64,000 nucleotides of DNA from Escherichia coli (GTDB lineage: Bacteria > Pseudomonadota > Gammaproteobacteria > Enterobacterales > Enterobacteriaceae), in assembly GCF_046105845.1 (NCBI RefSeq), contig NZ_CP151004.1. One strand, 5' to 3'. This document shows, piece after piece, positions 9,488-20,980 of the stretch; position 1 is the stretch's first letter, and each line of letters begins with the position of its first letter. Made by a program: the position numbers and the translations under genes. Under the pieces are notes generated by a model. That model made no database searches and was not told where the DNA came from. It saw nothing but the letters and a program-made list of their open reading frames with translations.

Positions 9488-10204
9488 TTATATCAGCGAG
9501 GTCAGAGATGCCAACCGGGAAATTTCCAGATGCGGGAGTAAACGGCTGTCCCAGGTTTGCATCAGATCGCCATTTTCCGGTCTGATCCAACAGGCCTGCA
9601 TTCCGCTGCGAATTGCCCCACCCACGTCAGTGGTGAGATCATCCCCGACATGTAAGATCTCGCCGATCGGCACGTTGAGTTTTTCCGCCGCCAGGAAGTA
9701 CATATCGCTGAACGGTTTTGAGCGCCCGTGCGGGCCAGCACGCAGCACAAACTCAAAATAATCCCCCAAACCAAACAGTTCCGGCTGGGCGTTACCGTTG
9801 GTGATCGCCACCAGCGGCCATTTCTTCGCCAGCTGTTTTAAGGTGTCGTGGGTTTGCTGCGGGACATCGATTCGGCTGCGCCATTTGGCAAAGTTGATCA
9901 TTGCTGCGTGTGCGCCTGCACTGGCTTCTTCGGCACTCAGCCCGGCGTCGAGCATGGCTTGTTCAATCGAACGAAAACGCCAGCGCGTCACGTCGTGATA
10001 AATCTCGGGTTCCGCTTCCCGTACCGCCTGGCGCAGGCGTTGCAGATCTTCATTCTGGAAGCTGCGCAGCGCCGGATGATAATTTTGCACAAAGGTAAGC
10101 GCCTCTCGCTCGGTGCGCAAAATCACCGGACGGTTATCGTAAAGGGTATCATCCAGGTCAAAGGTGAGCGCCGAGATGCGCCTCAAAGGCCGGTAAAAAC
10201 GCAT
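9488..10204 (-). CDS. yigB: HAD-family phosphatase YigB (5-amino-6-(5-phospho-D-ribitylamino)uracil phosphatase)
   Basis: 238-aa ORF with the HAD motif FDLDDTLYD near the N-terminus; last gene of the dapF-yigA-xerC-yigB cluster. Confidence 0.9.
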   Translation of the reverse strand: MRFYRPLRRISALTFDLDDTLYDNRPVILRTEREALTFVQNYHPALRSFQNEDLQRLRQAVREAEPEIYHDVTRWRFRSIEQAMLDAGLSAEEASAGAHAAMINFAKWRSRIDVPQQTHDTLKQLAKKWPLVAITNGNAQPELFGLGDYFEFVLRAGPHGRSKPFSDMYFLAAEKLNVPIGEILHVGDDLTTDVGGAIRSGMQACWIRPENGDLMQTWDSRLLPHLEISRLASLTSLI

Positions 10205-11100
10205 TATTTCCCCCGTTTGGCGCGTGGATGCGCCGCATCGTACACCGAGGCAAGGTGTTGAAAATCAAGATGAGTATAGATTTGCGTGGTGGAGAGGTTG
10301 GCATGACCCAGCAGCTCCTGCACACCACGAAGTTCGCCGCTCGACTCCAGCATATGCGTAGCGAACGAGTGACGTAATTTATGCGGGTGAACGTGATTAT
10401 TCAGCCCTTGTTTGATGCCCCATTCGGCAAAGCGTTTCTGCACATTACGCGCGGAGATACGCTTGCCCAGTTTCGACAGAAAAAGCGCGTCGTCTTCGCT
10501 ACCAAACAGGTCGCGCAAATCAAGCCAGTGCTCAATCCACGCCACAGCGTTGCGACCAATCGGCAGGCGGCGCTCTTTGCTGCCTTTTCCCATCACCCAC
10601 ACTTCACCAGACTCCAGGTCGAGGTGTTTGATATCGAGCCCCACCAGTTCGGAAAGACGCAGACCCGCGCCGTACATCACTTCCAGCATTGCCCGATCGC
10701 GCACGGCGAGGGGATCGTTGATATCAATATCCAGCAGCCGATTCATATCATCGACGTCGATGTTTTTCGGCAGATGACGCGGCGCTTTCGGTGCCGAAAC
10801 ACCTTTCGCCGGGTTGGCTTTGAGTTCGTTCTGGCTGACCAGCCAGTCAAAAAAGCTACGTAGCGCAGAAAGCCGTAACGCCAGACTTGCAGCTCCCAGC
10901 CCTTTACGGCGACTGCGTACAGCGAAATTGCGCACCATCGTCACATCACATTGCTGCCAGCTTTGCAGGCCGTTTTCACTGGCAAAATTGATGATCGCCT
11001 CAAGCTGACGCTGATAGTTAAGCAGGGTTATCGGGCTAAGCTGACGCTCCACGCTCAGATAACGTAGGTAGCGTTCTACATCGGTGTGTAAATCGGTCAT
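10204..11100 (-). CDS. xerC: Tyrosine site-specific recombinase XerC (chromosome dimer resolution)
   Basis: 298-aa [36 protein letters not shown]... with C-terminal [12 protein letters not shown]...Y catalytic residues; chromosomal synteny. Confidence 0.95.
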   Translation of the reverse strand: MTDLHTDVERYLRYLSVERQLSPITLLNYQRQLEAIINFASENGLQSWQQCDVTMVRNFAVRSRRKGLGAASLALRLSALRSFFDWLVSQNELKANPAKGVSAPKAPRHLPKNIDVDDMNRLLDIDINDPLAVRDRAMLEVMYGAGLRLSELVGLDIKHLDLESGEVWVMGKGSKERRLPIGRNAVAWIEHWLDLRDLFGSEDDALFLSKLGKRISARNVQKRFAEWGIKQGLNNHVHPHKLRHSFATHMLESSGELRGVQELLGHANLSTTQIYTHLDFQHLASVYDAAHPRAKRGK

Positions 11101-11804
11101 ACGCGTTCAATCCAACGCTCCAGAAGCTCCGGCAACATCAGCGCAATTTCATGAAGTAACTGCGTTCCCTGCCCTTGTTGATAGTGACTGGCATCGCGAC
11201 TAGTAAACAGCACAACACCCAAATCAGCATCGCTTCCCAGCATCGACATCGCCACCGATCCCACCGCTTTCGCTTCCGGTAGCACCACCAGAAGCTCCGG
11301 TCCGTTAAGCGGCCCCAGATAGTGCTGTTCCTGCCCCAGACGCTGAATACGCAGCGGTTCGAAAGACTGACGGCTTAATGCCAGATAAGTGTGGTTCGAC
11401 GGCGCACCTAAGCGCCAGCGATCCGGAAACAGGCGCAGACTCGCACCTGCCAGCCCTAAATCACGCGCCCAGCGATGGAAACGCATCAGCATATCGTCGA
11501 GACTACTGGCGGCGGTGAGACTGCGCTGCAGGTAGAGTAGACGATAAAACAGGCCTTCGTTGGCGATTGCCTGTTCCATCAACAGCGCCATGTTCTCTTC
11601 CAGAACATGAATATGATTACGTGCGCGGGCCATGTGCCACTCGACCAACGAAACGGTGCCGCGTACCGGATGCGGCACACGTATCGCTTCTACTGCGCGC
11701 GCATTGCGGATAAAAAACTCAGGATTTTTAATCAGATAATCGACAACCGCCCGGTCATCAAGCTCCGTGAGTGTTTCCTGCAGTTCTTCCCCTGGTTGCT
11801 TCAT
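11097..11804 (-). CDS. yigA: DUF484-family protein YigA
   Basis: 235-aa ORF overlapping dapF and xerC by 4 nt at each end, indicating translational coupling. Confidence 0.85.
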
Positions 11805-12625
11805 AGATGAATAAATCCGTCGTAGACATGTACCGCCGGGCCAGTCATATATAACGGGTGACCCGGACCTTTCCAGGCGATATCAAGACGACCGCCAGGG
11901 AGTTCCACGCGTACTTCTTCGGCCAGCAAACCTTGCTGAATCCCTACCGCCACCGCCGCACACGCGCCGCTGCCGCAGGCCTGGGTTTCTCCTGCCCCAC
12001 GCTCATAAACGCGTAAACGAATATGCTCGCGCTTAACCACTTGCATAAAACCGATATTGGCGCGCTCCGGAAAACGCTCGTGGCTTTCCAGAACAGGACC
12101 AAGCGTTTCTACCGCCGCGGTATCGACATCATCGACCTGAATCACGCAATGCGGATTTCCCATCGACACCACGCCGCATAAGATTGTCTGCTCGGCGGCG
12201 CGCATAATATAGGTCTTTTCCGCTTTGTTAGCGCGAAACGGCACGGCGGAAGGTTCGAAGTTGGGCTCGCCCATGTTTACGCGAACCAGATCATCATCGG
12301 TGACGGTCAGAACCATCCGCCCGTTGGCGGTGCTGACGCGGATATCGCGCTTATTGGTCAGCCCTTTCAGGCGCACAAAACGGGCAAAGCAGCGTGCGCC
12401 GTTGCCGCACTGCGCCACTTCACTGCCATCAGCATTGAAAATGCGATAGTGAAAATCCAGTTCAGGATCATACGGTGGCTCAACCACCAGCAGTTGGTCA
12501 AACCCTACCCCCAGGTGCCGATCCGCCAGGCGACGAATCAGCTCCGGTGAAAAAAAGACATTCTGCGTTACCGCGTCGACGACCATAAAATCGTTGCCAA
12601 GGCCATGCATTTTCGAGAACTGCAT
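11801..12625 (-). CDS. dapF: Diaminopimelate epimerase
   Basis: ORF 11801..12628; second Met gives the 274-aa protein [18 protein letters not shown]... with both catalytic Cys motifs (GNGARC, GSGACA). Confidence 0.95.
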
Positions 12626-12661
12626 CATTTACTCCAATCACGCGGGTACAGAAACTGACTT

Positions 12662-12865
12662 TTAGTAATTCACCTGGGATGGACCATCGCCAGTGGCGCG
12701 GTCGTTTTTATCCGGCACTGTGGATTGCGTTTGCGTCTCTACCGATTTGGTCGGCGGCGGTGCGTTTTTATCTGCAGGCGGGAAATAGAGCGGACCTTTC
12801 AGACCGCAGCCCGTCAGGCTGAAGAGAGTAAGTAATACAGTGAGTGCCTTAAACACGTTTTTCAT
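12662..12865 (-). CDS. lptM: Small lipoprotein YifL (LptM)
   Basis: 67-aa ORF MKNVFKALTVLLTLFSLTGCG... with a lipobox (LTGC). Confidence 0.8.
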   Translation of the reverse strand: MKNVFKALTVLLTLFSLTGCGLKGPLYFPPADKNAPPPTKSVETQTQSTVPDKNDRATGDGPSQVNY

Positions 12866-13334
12866 TATGGATTGCCTGTAAAGTTCATCGCTTTCTGCTT
12901 TCTATCATCGCAGGAGAAGGCGTAAAAGCAAGCGTTTAGCGACTCTTTATGAAGTCTGAAAAATGAGGAAATACTGCGAGTATAACGCTTACACGTGGCG
13001 ATTTATGTTTTGCTGGTAGTTTCGTGATCGTCACCTCGCGCCAGGATGGCTTTATGCACTATCGCAATGTGATTTCTTTGTTGGCTTGTTCGTTGTTTTT
13101 ATCGTCGGCATGGGGATGTCGGCTTGATGAGCCTGAACATAATATTTACCAGAAACAGGGAAAAGGCGTGGTGTATTTGCACCCTTATGAAAAGACCAAT
13201 CTTTCGCTATATAGAGACATTATTATTCCGTTGACAGATGAATCATGCCGGAACGCAGCCGCAGAGGTGCAAACTTTGAAGCCCTGACCCCATGCCGCTA
13301 TACTGCCGCCATCACTTAAAAACAGGATACAACA

Positions 13335-13655
13335 ATGAACGACAGTGAATTTCATCGCCTGGCTGATCAACTCTGGCTGACCATTGAAGAGCGTCTGGAC
13401 GACTGGGATGGCGATAGCGATATCGACTGCGAAATCAACGGCGGTGTACTGACCATTACCTTTGAGAACGGTAGCAAAATCATTATCAACCGTCAGGAAC
13501 CGCTGCACCAGGTGTGGCTGGCAACCAAACAGGGCGGCTACCATTTTGATATGAAAGGCGATGAGTGGATTTGCGATCGTAGCGGCGAAACCTTCTGGGA
13601 TTTGCTGGAACAGGCGGCAACGCAGCAAGCGGGTGAAACAGTCAGTTTCCGCTAA
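13335..13655 (+). CDS. cyaY: Frataxin homolog CyaY (iron-sulfur cluster assembly)
   Basis: 106-aa [66 protein letters not shown]... Confidence 0.9.
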   Translation: MNDSEFHRLADQLWLTIEERLDDWDGDSDIDCEINGGVLTITFENGSKIIINRQEPLHQVWLATKQGGYHFDMKGDEWICDRSGETFWDLLEQAATQQAGETVSFR

Positions 13656-13694
13656 TATTACATGCCGGATAAGCTTCGCTTTCCGGCACGCTCA

Positions 13695-16241
13695 TCACGA
13701 AAAATACTGCTGTAATAGCGGCGTATCGTGATCCTGATTGGCAGGCGGCATGTTGCCAATCGATTTGGTGCGGAACGGAATCACCTGTTCACGACCATCA
13801 ACCTTCACAATCTGATAGAACTGCGGCAGGTTGAAGTTGATGAAGCTTGAGCCGTAGGTAAAACGGTCGTGCGATGACGAGTAGAAGCGACTGACGTCAC
13901 GCACCAGCTCCTCTTTGCTGCCTTCGCAGTGGTGATACACCTCAACCCGGTTGCTTTCGTCGAGAATGTAGATATTAAAGCCATTCTCGTCTTGCGTTTC
14001 TTCGAAGAAGAACTGGATGATCCCTTCGCTGGCAAAGCCGTCCACCACCGCCGGTAATTTGACGTGATTGGTTTCAACCTGCACTGACAGGCCGTGCAGT
14101 TTGTTATGCGAAATAGCGCCATAAAACTCGATGGCATTTTCTAGTTTCTGTACCGATACATTCAGGCGCTCGAAGAATAAGCCCCAGGTTTGACCAGAAA
14201 CGCGCAGCGCCTTGAAGCGCCCGGTTTCATGGCGGGTGCTGGAAAGACGCAGTTCAATGCACTCAGAAACCAGTTGCTGCACGCGAGTACGGATTAATCC
14301 GCGCAGATGCTGGCTGTAGCAGAAGACTTCCACGCTATCTGGCGGTGCGGCGTCCTGATGCATTTTACCGAGAATGGTTTTCAGGGCTTCGATCATCGAC
14401 TGCTCGCCGTTGAAGTGCAACGTACGCACTTCGTTCCACGAGTTGCGGTACAGCAGGTCCACGCTACCTACCAGGCAATTTTGATTCTCGCCAAAGCTGA
14501 AGACGTCCAGCTTACGGAAATCAAAATGCACCACCTGATTGCGGAACGCAGCTGTCGGGTCATATTCCAGGTTAACGATAATCGCCAGATGGCGAATTTC
14601 ACACGGGCTGTAGAGCGCTTTTGGCGTCGGTGCAGGCAGGCGCAGCGGGAAATGGTGTGACACATCGGCGACCATCTCCTGCAACTTAGGCAAATCGACA
14701 ATGCCGTTGCCTTTAATATACAAGCGGGTACGCGAGGTCAGCAGGCCGTTAAACCATGCCCACGCCACCAGTTTATTCAGGTAACGGTTATATTCCAGCG
14801 GCTGATGGCTGATGATCGACTCAATATTTGGCGCGCGGTTATACAGATACCAACCTGAACGGTTAGCCCGGCCCGGCGGCACATAAATAAAGGTCAGATT
14901 CGGTTCCGAGAGATCGGGTGAAATCTGCGGGTTTACCAGCGTCACTTTACCCGGCAATGCTTCAAACGCGGCATACAGCTTACGCGTCAGCACGCCGATA
15001 TCCTGCGGACTGGCGGAGACGCTAAGGTTATTGCGGCGCGCAAAGCGAATCAGATTACGGTAGCTCTGCATCATCGCGTCGAGCAACTCGTTGTGCGCCT
15101 CACGTACCTGATCAATCTTCCAGTTAGCGCGGTTATCGAGCATTGCCAGACGAGCATCGTCCCATTCCCACTCTTTCACTAACTGGGTTAGCACTTCACG
15201 ACGCCAGCCTACGCAGGCGCGTTCACGGCTGAGTTTTTCGCACACTTTTAAATAGAAGCAGCGGCGTACTAAATCCAGACGGGTGAAATCTTCAATCGCC
15301 GTCAGGTATTCAGTAACACGCTCCAGCATCATGCAGTAAGGATCGAGGCCAAACGACACAATCTCGCCGTCGTGCAAACGCTGTTTGATATCTTTCGCCA
15401 GCAGACGTGGGTTCGGGTATTCCCAGGAATAGGCTTCCAGCAGCAGTGTTTTCAGCACCGCTTTGTATGGGGAATCGATACTCTTGTAGAGCTGCCAAAG
15501 GCTGGCACCAAAGTACTCTTCAGCAGAAAGCGAGCTTAAGCCACCGAGATCCAGCCATTCATTTGGCGTCAGCACGCCCTGCGCGTAAAGCGTCATCACA
15601 TAGTCGTCGTAATGCTCTTCTTCGTCGCACGGCACCATATTCCACAGAATACGCTTACCAGCGAGACGCACGGCGGTACGGTAAAATTCGTCAAGCAGCA
15701 GTATATGCTGGGTGGAGCCACAATCTTCGCCCCCCAGGCTGCCGCTTTCATTATGACGGAAGCGGTTTTCATCAATCAGGAAGAAGCTAACTTCCACGCC
15801 CAGCGAGGCGGCCCAGCTTTCCAGCAGGCTGCATTTACGTTGTAGTAACTGGCGCTCTTCGCTATCAAGCCAGGATTGATGACAGACCCAGATATCCAGG
15901 TCAGAGGAACAACTTTGCCCTACGGACGAGGTGCTGCCCATGGTGTATACACCAGTAATTGGAAGCTCACCTTTCGGCGGATCCTGTACTGACATTCCAC
16001 GATACAGTTCAAGCTCGTTCAGGTAGTGGCGTTGAGTTTCATCAGGCGTGTAAAGGCAAATGCCTTTGGGAACGTTACCATCAAGGTAACCCGGCATTAG
16101 CGGATGGTGATAGTGCAACAATGTCGGCAGTAGACTGTAGACCTGTTGGAATGCAGGCCCCATAGCAGCAAGCGCGCGATCCACACGCAATTGATTTATG
16201 GCATCCAGTCTCTGTTTCAGAGTCTCAATATAGAGGTACAA
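13695..16241 (-). CDS. cyaA: Class I adenylate cyclase
   Basis: 848-aa ORF; the first codon on the minus strand is TTG (complement of 16239-16241), consistent with the known non-ATG start of cyaA. Confidence 0.95.
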   Translation of the reverse strand: MYLYIETLKQRLDAINQLRVDRALAAMGPAFQQVYSLLPTLLHYHHPLMPGYLDGNVPKGICLYTPDETQRHYLNELELYRGMSVQDPPKGELPITGVYTMGSTSSVGQSCSSDLDIWVCHQSWLDSEERQLLQRKCSLLESWAASLGVEVSFFLIDENRFRHNESGSLGGEDCGSTQHILLLDEFYRTAVRLAGKRILWNMVPCDEEEHYDDYVMTLYAQGVLTPNEWLDLGGLSSLSAEEYFGASLWQLYKSIDSPYKAVLKTLLLEAYSWEYPNPRLLAKDIKQRLHDGEIVSFGLDPYCMMLERVTEYLTAIEDFTRLDLVRRCFYLKVCEKLSRERACVGWRREVLTQLVKEWEWDDARLAMLDNRANWKIDQVREAHNELLDAMMQSYRNLIRFARRNNLSVSASPQDIGVLTRKLYAAFEALPGKVTLVNPQISPDLSEPNLTFIYVPPGRANRSGWYLYNRAPNIESIISHQPLEYNRYLNKLVAWAWFNGLLTSRTRLYIKGNGIVDLPKLQEMVADVSHHFPLRLPAPTPKALYSPCEIRHLAIIVNLEYDPTAAFRNQVVHFDFRKLDVFSFGENQNCLVGSVDLLYRNSWNEVRTLHFNGEQSMIEALKTILGKMHQDAAPPDSVEVFCYSQHLRGLIRTRVQQLVSECIELRLSSTRHETGRFKALRVSGQTWGLFFERLNVSVQKLENAIEFYGAISHNKLHGLSVQVETNHVKLPAVVDGFASEGIIQFFFEETQDENGFNIYILDESNRVEVYHHCEGSKEELVRDVSRFYSSSHDRFTYGSSFINFNLPQFYQIVKVDGREQVIPFRTKSIGNMPPANQDHDTPLLQQYFS

Positions 16242-16627
16242 GACGTATCGCCTGATTTGCTACCCGTCATGACTGTGATTCCGCCAACATCAACGGTAAC
16301 ACGCGGCATTCGGGATATTTCGTATGTCAAAGGTAACCGTTACCACTTTTCGCGCCTGGTTTTTTTAGTTTCACGACGAAAAAATGGTCTAAAACGTGAT
16401 CAATTTAACACCTTGCTGATTGACCGTAAAGAAAGATGCGCTACATACAAGTGTAGCACCGTTTATTCTCTGTAAATTCCTTATTACGACGGCGTGAAAC
16501 GCCTGTCAGGATCCACTGCCAGACCTCATTTTACGGTTTGCGCAGGCGTCTACGTTTCACCACAACACTGACATCGCTCTGGCAAGGATGTTAGGATGGA
16601 CCACGGATGATAATGACGGTAACAAGC

Positions 16628-17569
16628 ATGTTAGACAATGTTTTAAGAATTGCCACACGCCAAAGCCCACTTGCACTCTGGCAGGCACACTATGTCAAAG
16701 ACAAGTTGATGGCGAGCCATCCGGGCCTGGTCATTGAACTGGTACCGATGGTGACGCGCGGCGATGTGATTCTTGATACGCCGCTGGCGAAAGTAGGCGG
16801 AAAAGGCTTATTTGTAAAAGAGCTGGAAGTCGCGCTCCTCGAAAATCGCGCCGATATCGCCGTACATTCAATGAAAGATGTGCCGGTTGAATTCCCGCAA
16901 GGTCTGGGGCTGGTCACTATTTGCGAGCGTGAAGATCCTCGCGATGCCTTTGTGTCCAATAACTATGACAGTCTGGATGCGTTACCGGCAGGCAGTATCG
17001 TCGGGACGTCCAGTTTACGTCGCCAGTGCCAACTGGCTGAACGCCGCCCGGATCTGATTATCCGCTCCCTGCGCGGCAACGTCGGCACTCGCCTGAGCAA
17101 ACTGGATAACGGCGAATACGATGCCATCATTCTTGCCGTAGCCGGACTAAAACGTTTAGGTCTGGAGTCACGCATTCGCGCCGCGTTGCCACCCGAGATT
17201 TCTCTTCCGGCGGTAGGACAAGGTGCGGTGGGCATTGAATGCCGCCTTGATGATACACGCACTCGCGAGCTGCTTGCCGCGCTGAATCACCACGAAACTG
17301 CACTGCGCGTTACCGCAGAACGCGCCATGAATACCCGTCTCGAAGGCGGATGTCAGGTGCCAATTGGTAGCTACGCCGAGCTTATTGATGGCGAAATCTG
17401 GCTGCGTGCGCTGGTCGGCGCGCCGGACGGTTCGCAGATTATTCGCGGTGAACGCCGCGGTGCGCCGCAAGATGCCGAACAAATGGGGATTTCGCTGGCA
17501 GAAGAGCTACTGAATAACGGCGCGCGCGAGATCCTTGCTGAAGTCTATAACGGAGACGCCCCGGCATGA
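16628..17569 (+). CDS. hemC: Porphobilinogen deaminase (hydroxymethylbilane synthase)
   Basis: ORF 16607..17569; ATG at 16628 gives the 313-aa protein [20 protein letters not shown]... Confidence 0.95.
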   Translation: MLDNVLRIATRQSPLALWQAHYVKDKLMASHPGLVIELVPMVTRGDVILDTPLAKVGGKGLFVKELEVALLENRADIAVHSMKDVPVEFPQGLGLVTICEREDPRDAFVSNNYDSLDALPAGSIVGTSSLRRQCQLAERRPDLIIRSLRGNVGTRLSKLDNGEYDAIILAVAGLKRLGLESRIRAALPPEISLPAVGQGAVGIECRLDDTRTRELLAALNHHETALRVTAERAMNTRLEGGCQVPIGSYAELIDGEIWLRALVGAPDGSQIIRGERRGAPQDAEQMGISLAEELLNNGAREILAEVYNGDAPA

Positions 17570-18306
17570 GTATCCTGGTCACCCGCCCGTCTCCCGCTGG
17601 AGAAGAGTTAGTGAGCCGTCTGCGCACACTGGGGCAGGTGGCCTGGCATTTTCCGCTGATTGAGTTTTCTCCGGGTCGACAATTACCGCAACTTGCTGAT
17701 CAACTGGCAGCGCTGGGGGAGAGGGATCTGTTGTTTGCCCTCTCGCAACACGCGGTTGCTTTTGCCCAATCACAGCTGCATCAGCAAGATCGTAAATGGC
17801 CCCGACTACCTGATTATTTCGCCATTGGACGCACCACCGCACTGGCGCTACATACCGTAAGCGGACAGAAGATTCTCTACCCACAGGATCGGGAAATCAG
17901 CGAAGTCTTGCTACAATTACCTGAATTACAAAATATTGCGGGCAAACGTGCGCTGATATTACGTGGCAATGGCGGTCGTGAGCTAATTGGGGATACCCTG
18001 ACGGCGCGCGGTGCTGAGGTCACTTTTTGTGAATGTTATCAACGATGCGCAATCCATTACGATGGTGCAGAAGAAGCGATGCGCTGGCAATCCCGCGAGG
18101 TGACGACGGTCGTTGTTACCAGCGGTGAAATGTTGCAGCAACTCTGGTCGCTGATCCCACAATGGTATCGTGAGCACTGGTTACTACGCTGTCGACTATT
18201 GGTCGTCAGTGAGCGTTTGGCGAAACTCGCCCGGGAACTGGGCTGGCAAGACATTAAGGTCGCCGATAACGCTGACAACGATGCGCTTTTACGGGCATTA
18301 CAATAA
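17566..18306 (+). CDS. hemD: Uroporphyrinogen-III synthase
   Basis: 246-aa ORF overlapping the hemC stop by 4 nt (ATGA). Confidence 0.9.
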   Translation: MSILVTRPSPAGEELVSRLRTLGQVAWHFPLIEFSPGRQLPQLADQLAALGERDLLFALSQHAVAFAQSQLHQQDRKWPRLPDYFAIGRTTALALHTVSGQKILYPQDREISEVLLQLPELQNIAGKRALILRGNGGRELIGDTLTARGAEVTFCECYQRCAIHYDGAEEAMRWQSREVTTVVVTSGEMLQQLWSLIPQWYREHWLLRCRLLVVSERLAKLARELGWQDIKVADNADNDALLRALQ

Positions 18307-18327
18307 CTCTCATAACAGGAAGCCATA

Positions 18328-19527
18328 ATGACGGAACAAGAAAAAACCTCCGCCGTGGTTGAAGAGACCAGGGAGGCCGTGGACACCACGTCACAACCTG
18401 TCGCAACAGAAAAAAAGAGTAAGAACAATACCGCATTGATTCTCAGCGCGGTGGCTATCGCTATTGCTCTGGCGGCGGGCGTCGGTTTGTATGGCTGGGG
18501 TAAACAACAGGCCGTCAATCAGACCGCCACCAGCGATGCCCTGGCTAACCAACTTACGGCACTGCAAAAAGCCCAGGAGAGCCAAAAAGCCGAGCTGGAA
18601 GGCATTATCAAGCAACAAGCTGTACAGCTTGAGCAGGCGAATCGTCAGCAAGAAACGCTGGCAAAACAGCTGGATGAAGTCCAACAAAAGGTCGCGACTA
18701 TTTCCGGCAGCGATGCTAAAACCTGGCTGCTGGCTCAGGCTGATTTCCTGGTGAAACTCGCCGGACGGAAGCTGTGGAGCGATCAGGACGTCACGACCGC
18801 TGCAGCGTTGCTGAAAAGTGCAGACGCCAGCCTGGCGGATATGAATGACCCGAGTCTGATTACCGTTCGTCGGGCAATTACCGATGATATCGCCAGCCTT
18901 TCTGCGGTATCGCAGGTGGATTATGACGGCATCATCCTTAAGCTTAATCAGCTTTCAAATCAGGTAGATAACCTGCGTCTGGCTGATAATGACAGCGATG
19001 GTTCGCCGATGGATTCCGACGGTGAAGAGCTTTCCAGTTCCATCAGCGAATGGCGTATCAATCTGCAAAAAAGCTGGCAGAACTTTATGGACAACTTCAT
19101 TACGATTCGCCGTCGTGATGACACCGCCGTACCACTGTTAGCGCCGAATCAGGATATCTATCTGCGCGAAAATATTCGCTCCCGCCTGCTGGTCGCGGCA
19201 CAAGCCGTACCGCGTCATCAGGAAGAGACTTATCGCCAGGCGCTGGAGAATGTCTCCACTTGGGTACGTGCTTACTACGATACTGATGATGCCACCACCA
19301 AAGCGTTCCTCGACGAGGTGGACCAGTTAAGCCAGCAAAATATCTCGATGGATCTCCCGGAAACCCTGCAAAGCCAGGCGATGCTGGAAAAACTGATGCA
19401 GACTCGCGTGCGTAACCTGCTGGCACAACCGGCAGCGGGGACAACGGAAGCTAAACCTGCACCTGCACCTGCACCTGCACCTGCACCGCAAGCTGATACT
19501 CCGGCAGCCGCGCCGCAAGGAGAATAA
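18328..19527 (+). CDS. hemX: HemX (inner-membrane protein; uroporphyrinogen-III methyltransferase-like annotation)
   Basis: 399-aa ORF with a single N-terminal TM segment, coiled-coil region and a Pro-Ala-rich C-terminus. Confidence 0.9.
   Translation: MTEQEKTSAVVEETREAVDTTSQPVATEKKSKNNTALILSAVAIAIALAAGVGLYGWGKQQAVNQTATSDALANQLTALQKAQESQKAELEGIIKQQAVQLEQANRQQETLAKQLDEVQQKVATISGSDAKTWLLAQADFLVKLAGRKLWSDQDVTTAAALLKSADASLADMNDPSLITVRRAITDDIASLSAVSQVDYDGIILKLNQLSNQVDNLRLADNDSDGSPMDSDGEELSSSISEWRINLQKSWQNFMDNFITIRRRDDTAVPLLAPNQDIYLRENIRSRLLVAAQAVPRHQEETYRQALENVSTWVRAYYDTDDATTKAFLDEVDQLSQQNISMDLPETLQSQAMLEKLMQTRVRNLLAQPAAGTTEAKPAPAPAPAPAPQADTPAAAPQGE
19456..19485 (+). repeat. Perfect tandem hexanucleotide repeat (CCTGCA)x5 inside hemX, encoding (Pro-Ala)5
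   Basis: Read directly: aaa CCTGCA CCTGCA CCTGCA CCTGCA CCTGCA ccg caa. Confidence 0.9.
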
Positions 19528-19529
19528 CC

Positions 19530-20726
19530 ATGCTAAAAGTGTTATTGCTCTTTGTGTTGCTGATTGCGGGGATAGTGGTTGGCCCGATGATTGCCGGACA
19601 CCAGGGTTACGTGCTGATCCAGACCGACAACTACAATATTGAAACCAGCGTCACTGGCCTGGCGATTATTTTGATTCTGGCAATGGTAGTGCTGTTTGCC
19701 ATTGAGTGGCTACTGCGGCGGATCTTCCGCACAGGCGCACACACCCGTGGGTGGTTTGTCGGACGTAAGCGTCGCCGTGCGCGTAAGCAGACCGAACAGG
19801 CGCTGCTGAAACTAGCGGAAGGCGATTATCAGCAAGTTGAAAAGCTGATGGCGAAAAATGCCGATCACGCGGAACAACCGGTGGTGAACTATTTGCTGGC
19901 TGCCGAAGCCGCGCAACAACGTGGTGATGAAGCACGCGCCAACCAACATCTGGAACGCGCAGCGGAGCTGGCCGGCAATGACACCATTCCGGTAGAAATC
20001 ACCCGTGTACGTCTGCAACTGGCCCGTAATGAAAACCATGCTGCACGCCACGGCGTGGATAAGCTGCTGGAAGTTACGCCACGCCATCCAGAAGTATTAC
20101 GTCTGGCGGAACAGGCGTATATCCGCACAGGTGCATGGAGTTCGCTGCTGGATATCATCCCATCAATGGCGAAAGCCCATGTTGGTGATGAAGAACATCG
20201 TGCAATGCTGGAACAACAGGCATGGATTGGCCTGATGGATCAGGCGCGTGCCGATAACGGTAGCGAAGGTTTGCGTAACTGGTGGAAAAACCAAAGCCGG
20301 AAAACGCGTCATCAGGTGGCGTTGCAGGTGGCAATGGCGGAACATCTTATTGAATGTGACGATCATGATACTGCCCAGCAAATTATCATCGACGGCCTGA
20401 AACGCCAGTATGACGATCGCCTACTGCTGCCGATCCCGCGTCTGAAAACCAATAACCCGGAACAGCTGGAAAAAGTGCTGCGCCAACAGATCAAAAACGT
20501 GGGCGATCGCCCGCTGTTGTGGAGCACACTGGGTCAGTCGCTGATGAAGCACGGAGAATGGCAGGAAGCATCGCTCGCCTTCCGCGCAGCGCTGAAACAA
20601 CGTCCGGACGCCTACGATTACGCATGGCTTGCCGACGCGCTGGACAGACTGCACAAACCAGAAGAAGCTGCAGCGATGCGCCGCGACGGTTTGATGTTAA
20701 CGTTGCAGAACAACCCGCCACAGTAG
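19530..20726 (+). CDS. hemY: HemY (TPR-containing inner-membrane protein)
   Basis: 398-aa ORF starting 3 nt after the hemX stop; N-terminal TM helices. Confidence 0.9.
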   Translation: MLKVLLLFVLLIAGIVVGPMIAGHQGYVLIQTDNYNIETSVTGLAIILILAMVVLFAIEWLLRRIFRTGAHTRGWFVGRKRRRARKQTEQALLKLAEGDYQQVEKLMAKNADHAEQPVVNYLLAAEAAQQRGDEARANQHLERAAELAGNDTIPVEITRVRLQLARNENHAARHGVDKLLEVTPRHPEVLRLAEQAYIRTGAWSSLLDIIPSMAKAHVGDEEHRAMLEQQAWIGLMDQARADNGSEGLRNWWKNQSRKTRHQVALQVAMAEHLIECDDHDTAQQIIIDGLKRQYDDRLLLPIPRLKTNNPEQLEKVLRQQIKNVGDRPLLWSTLGQSLMKHGEWQEASLAFRAALKQRPDAYDYAWLADALDRLHKPEEAAAMRRDGLMLTLQNNPPQ

Positions 20727-20773
20727 TTCTTTCTCACCCGGAGGCAAGCACCTCCGGGACCTTTCTGATACAT

Positions 20774-20980
20774 AAAAAAACGCCTGCTCTTATTACGGAG
20801 CAGGCGTTAAAACAGGTCTGTATGACAACAAGTGGGTGCTTCACTCAACGTTGTGTCCATGGTGTCTGATGAGGCATAAGCGACATCTGTCAGTGGACGA
20901 TAAGCACCGTAAACGGCTCTGCGTCATTCCGGAGTTTATGAGGCACTAAGGCGAACATAAGAGATGGAATGAGCATCTAC
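20774..20980 (-). ncRNA. glmZ: Small regulatory RNA GlmZ (SraJ/RyiA)
   Basis: Minus-strand sequence GTAGATGCTCATTCCATCTCTTATGTTCGCC...CCTGCTCCGTAATAAGAGCAGGCGTTTTTTT ends in a canonical intrinsic terminator. glmZ is known to lie in the hemY-aslA intergenic region, antisense to both. Confidence 0.8.

Noticed and set aside
10204-11100. Tyrosine recombinase as a possible integrase of a mobile element
   Set aside because: The protein is XerC embedded in the conserved dapF-yigA-xerC-yigB operon. There are no flanking att repeats, tRNA-adjacent insertion or phage genes; it is the chromosomal dimer-resolution recombinase.
16146-16475. 109-aa plus-strand ORF in the cyaA-hemC intergenic region
   Set aside because: It overlaps the cyaA 5' end and the divergent promoter region, has no RBS and odd composition; more likely untranslated promoter/leader DNA.
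19456-19485. Short tandem repeat considered as a CRISPR-like or non-coding microsatellite
   Set aside because: The repeats are 6 nt with no spacers and lie in frame within hemX; this is a coding (Pro-Ala)n tract. No CRISPR-like repeat-spacer array was seen anywhere in the window.
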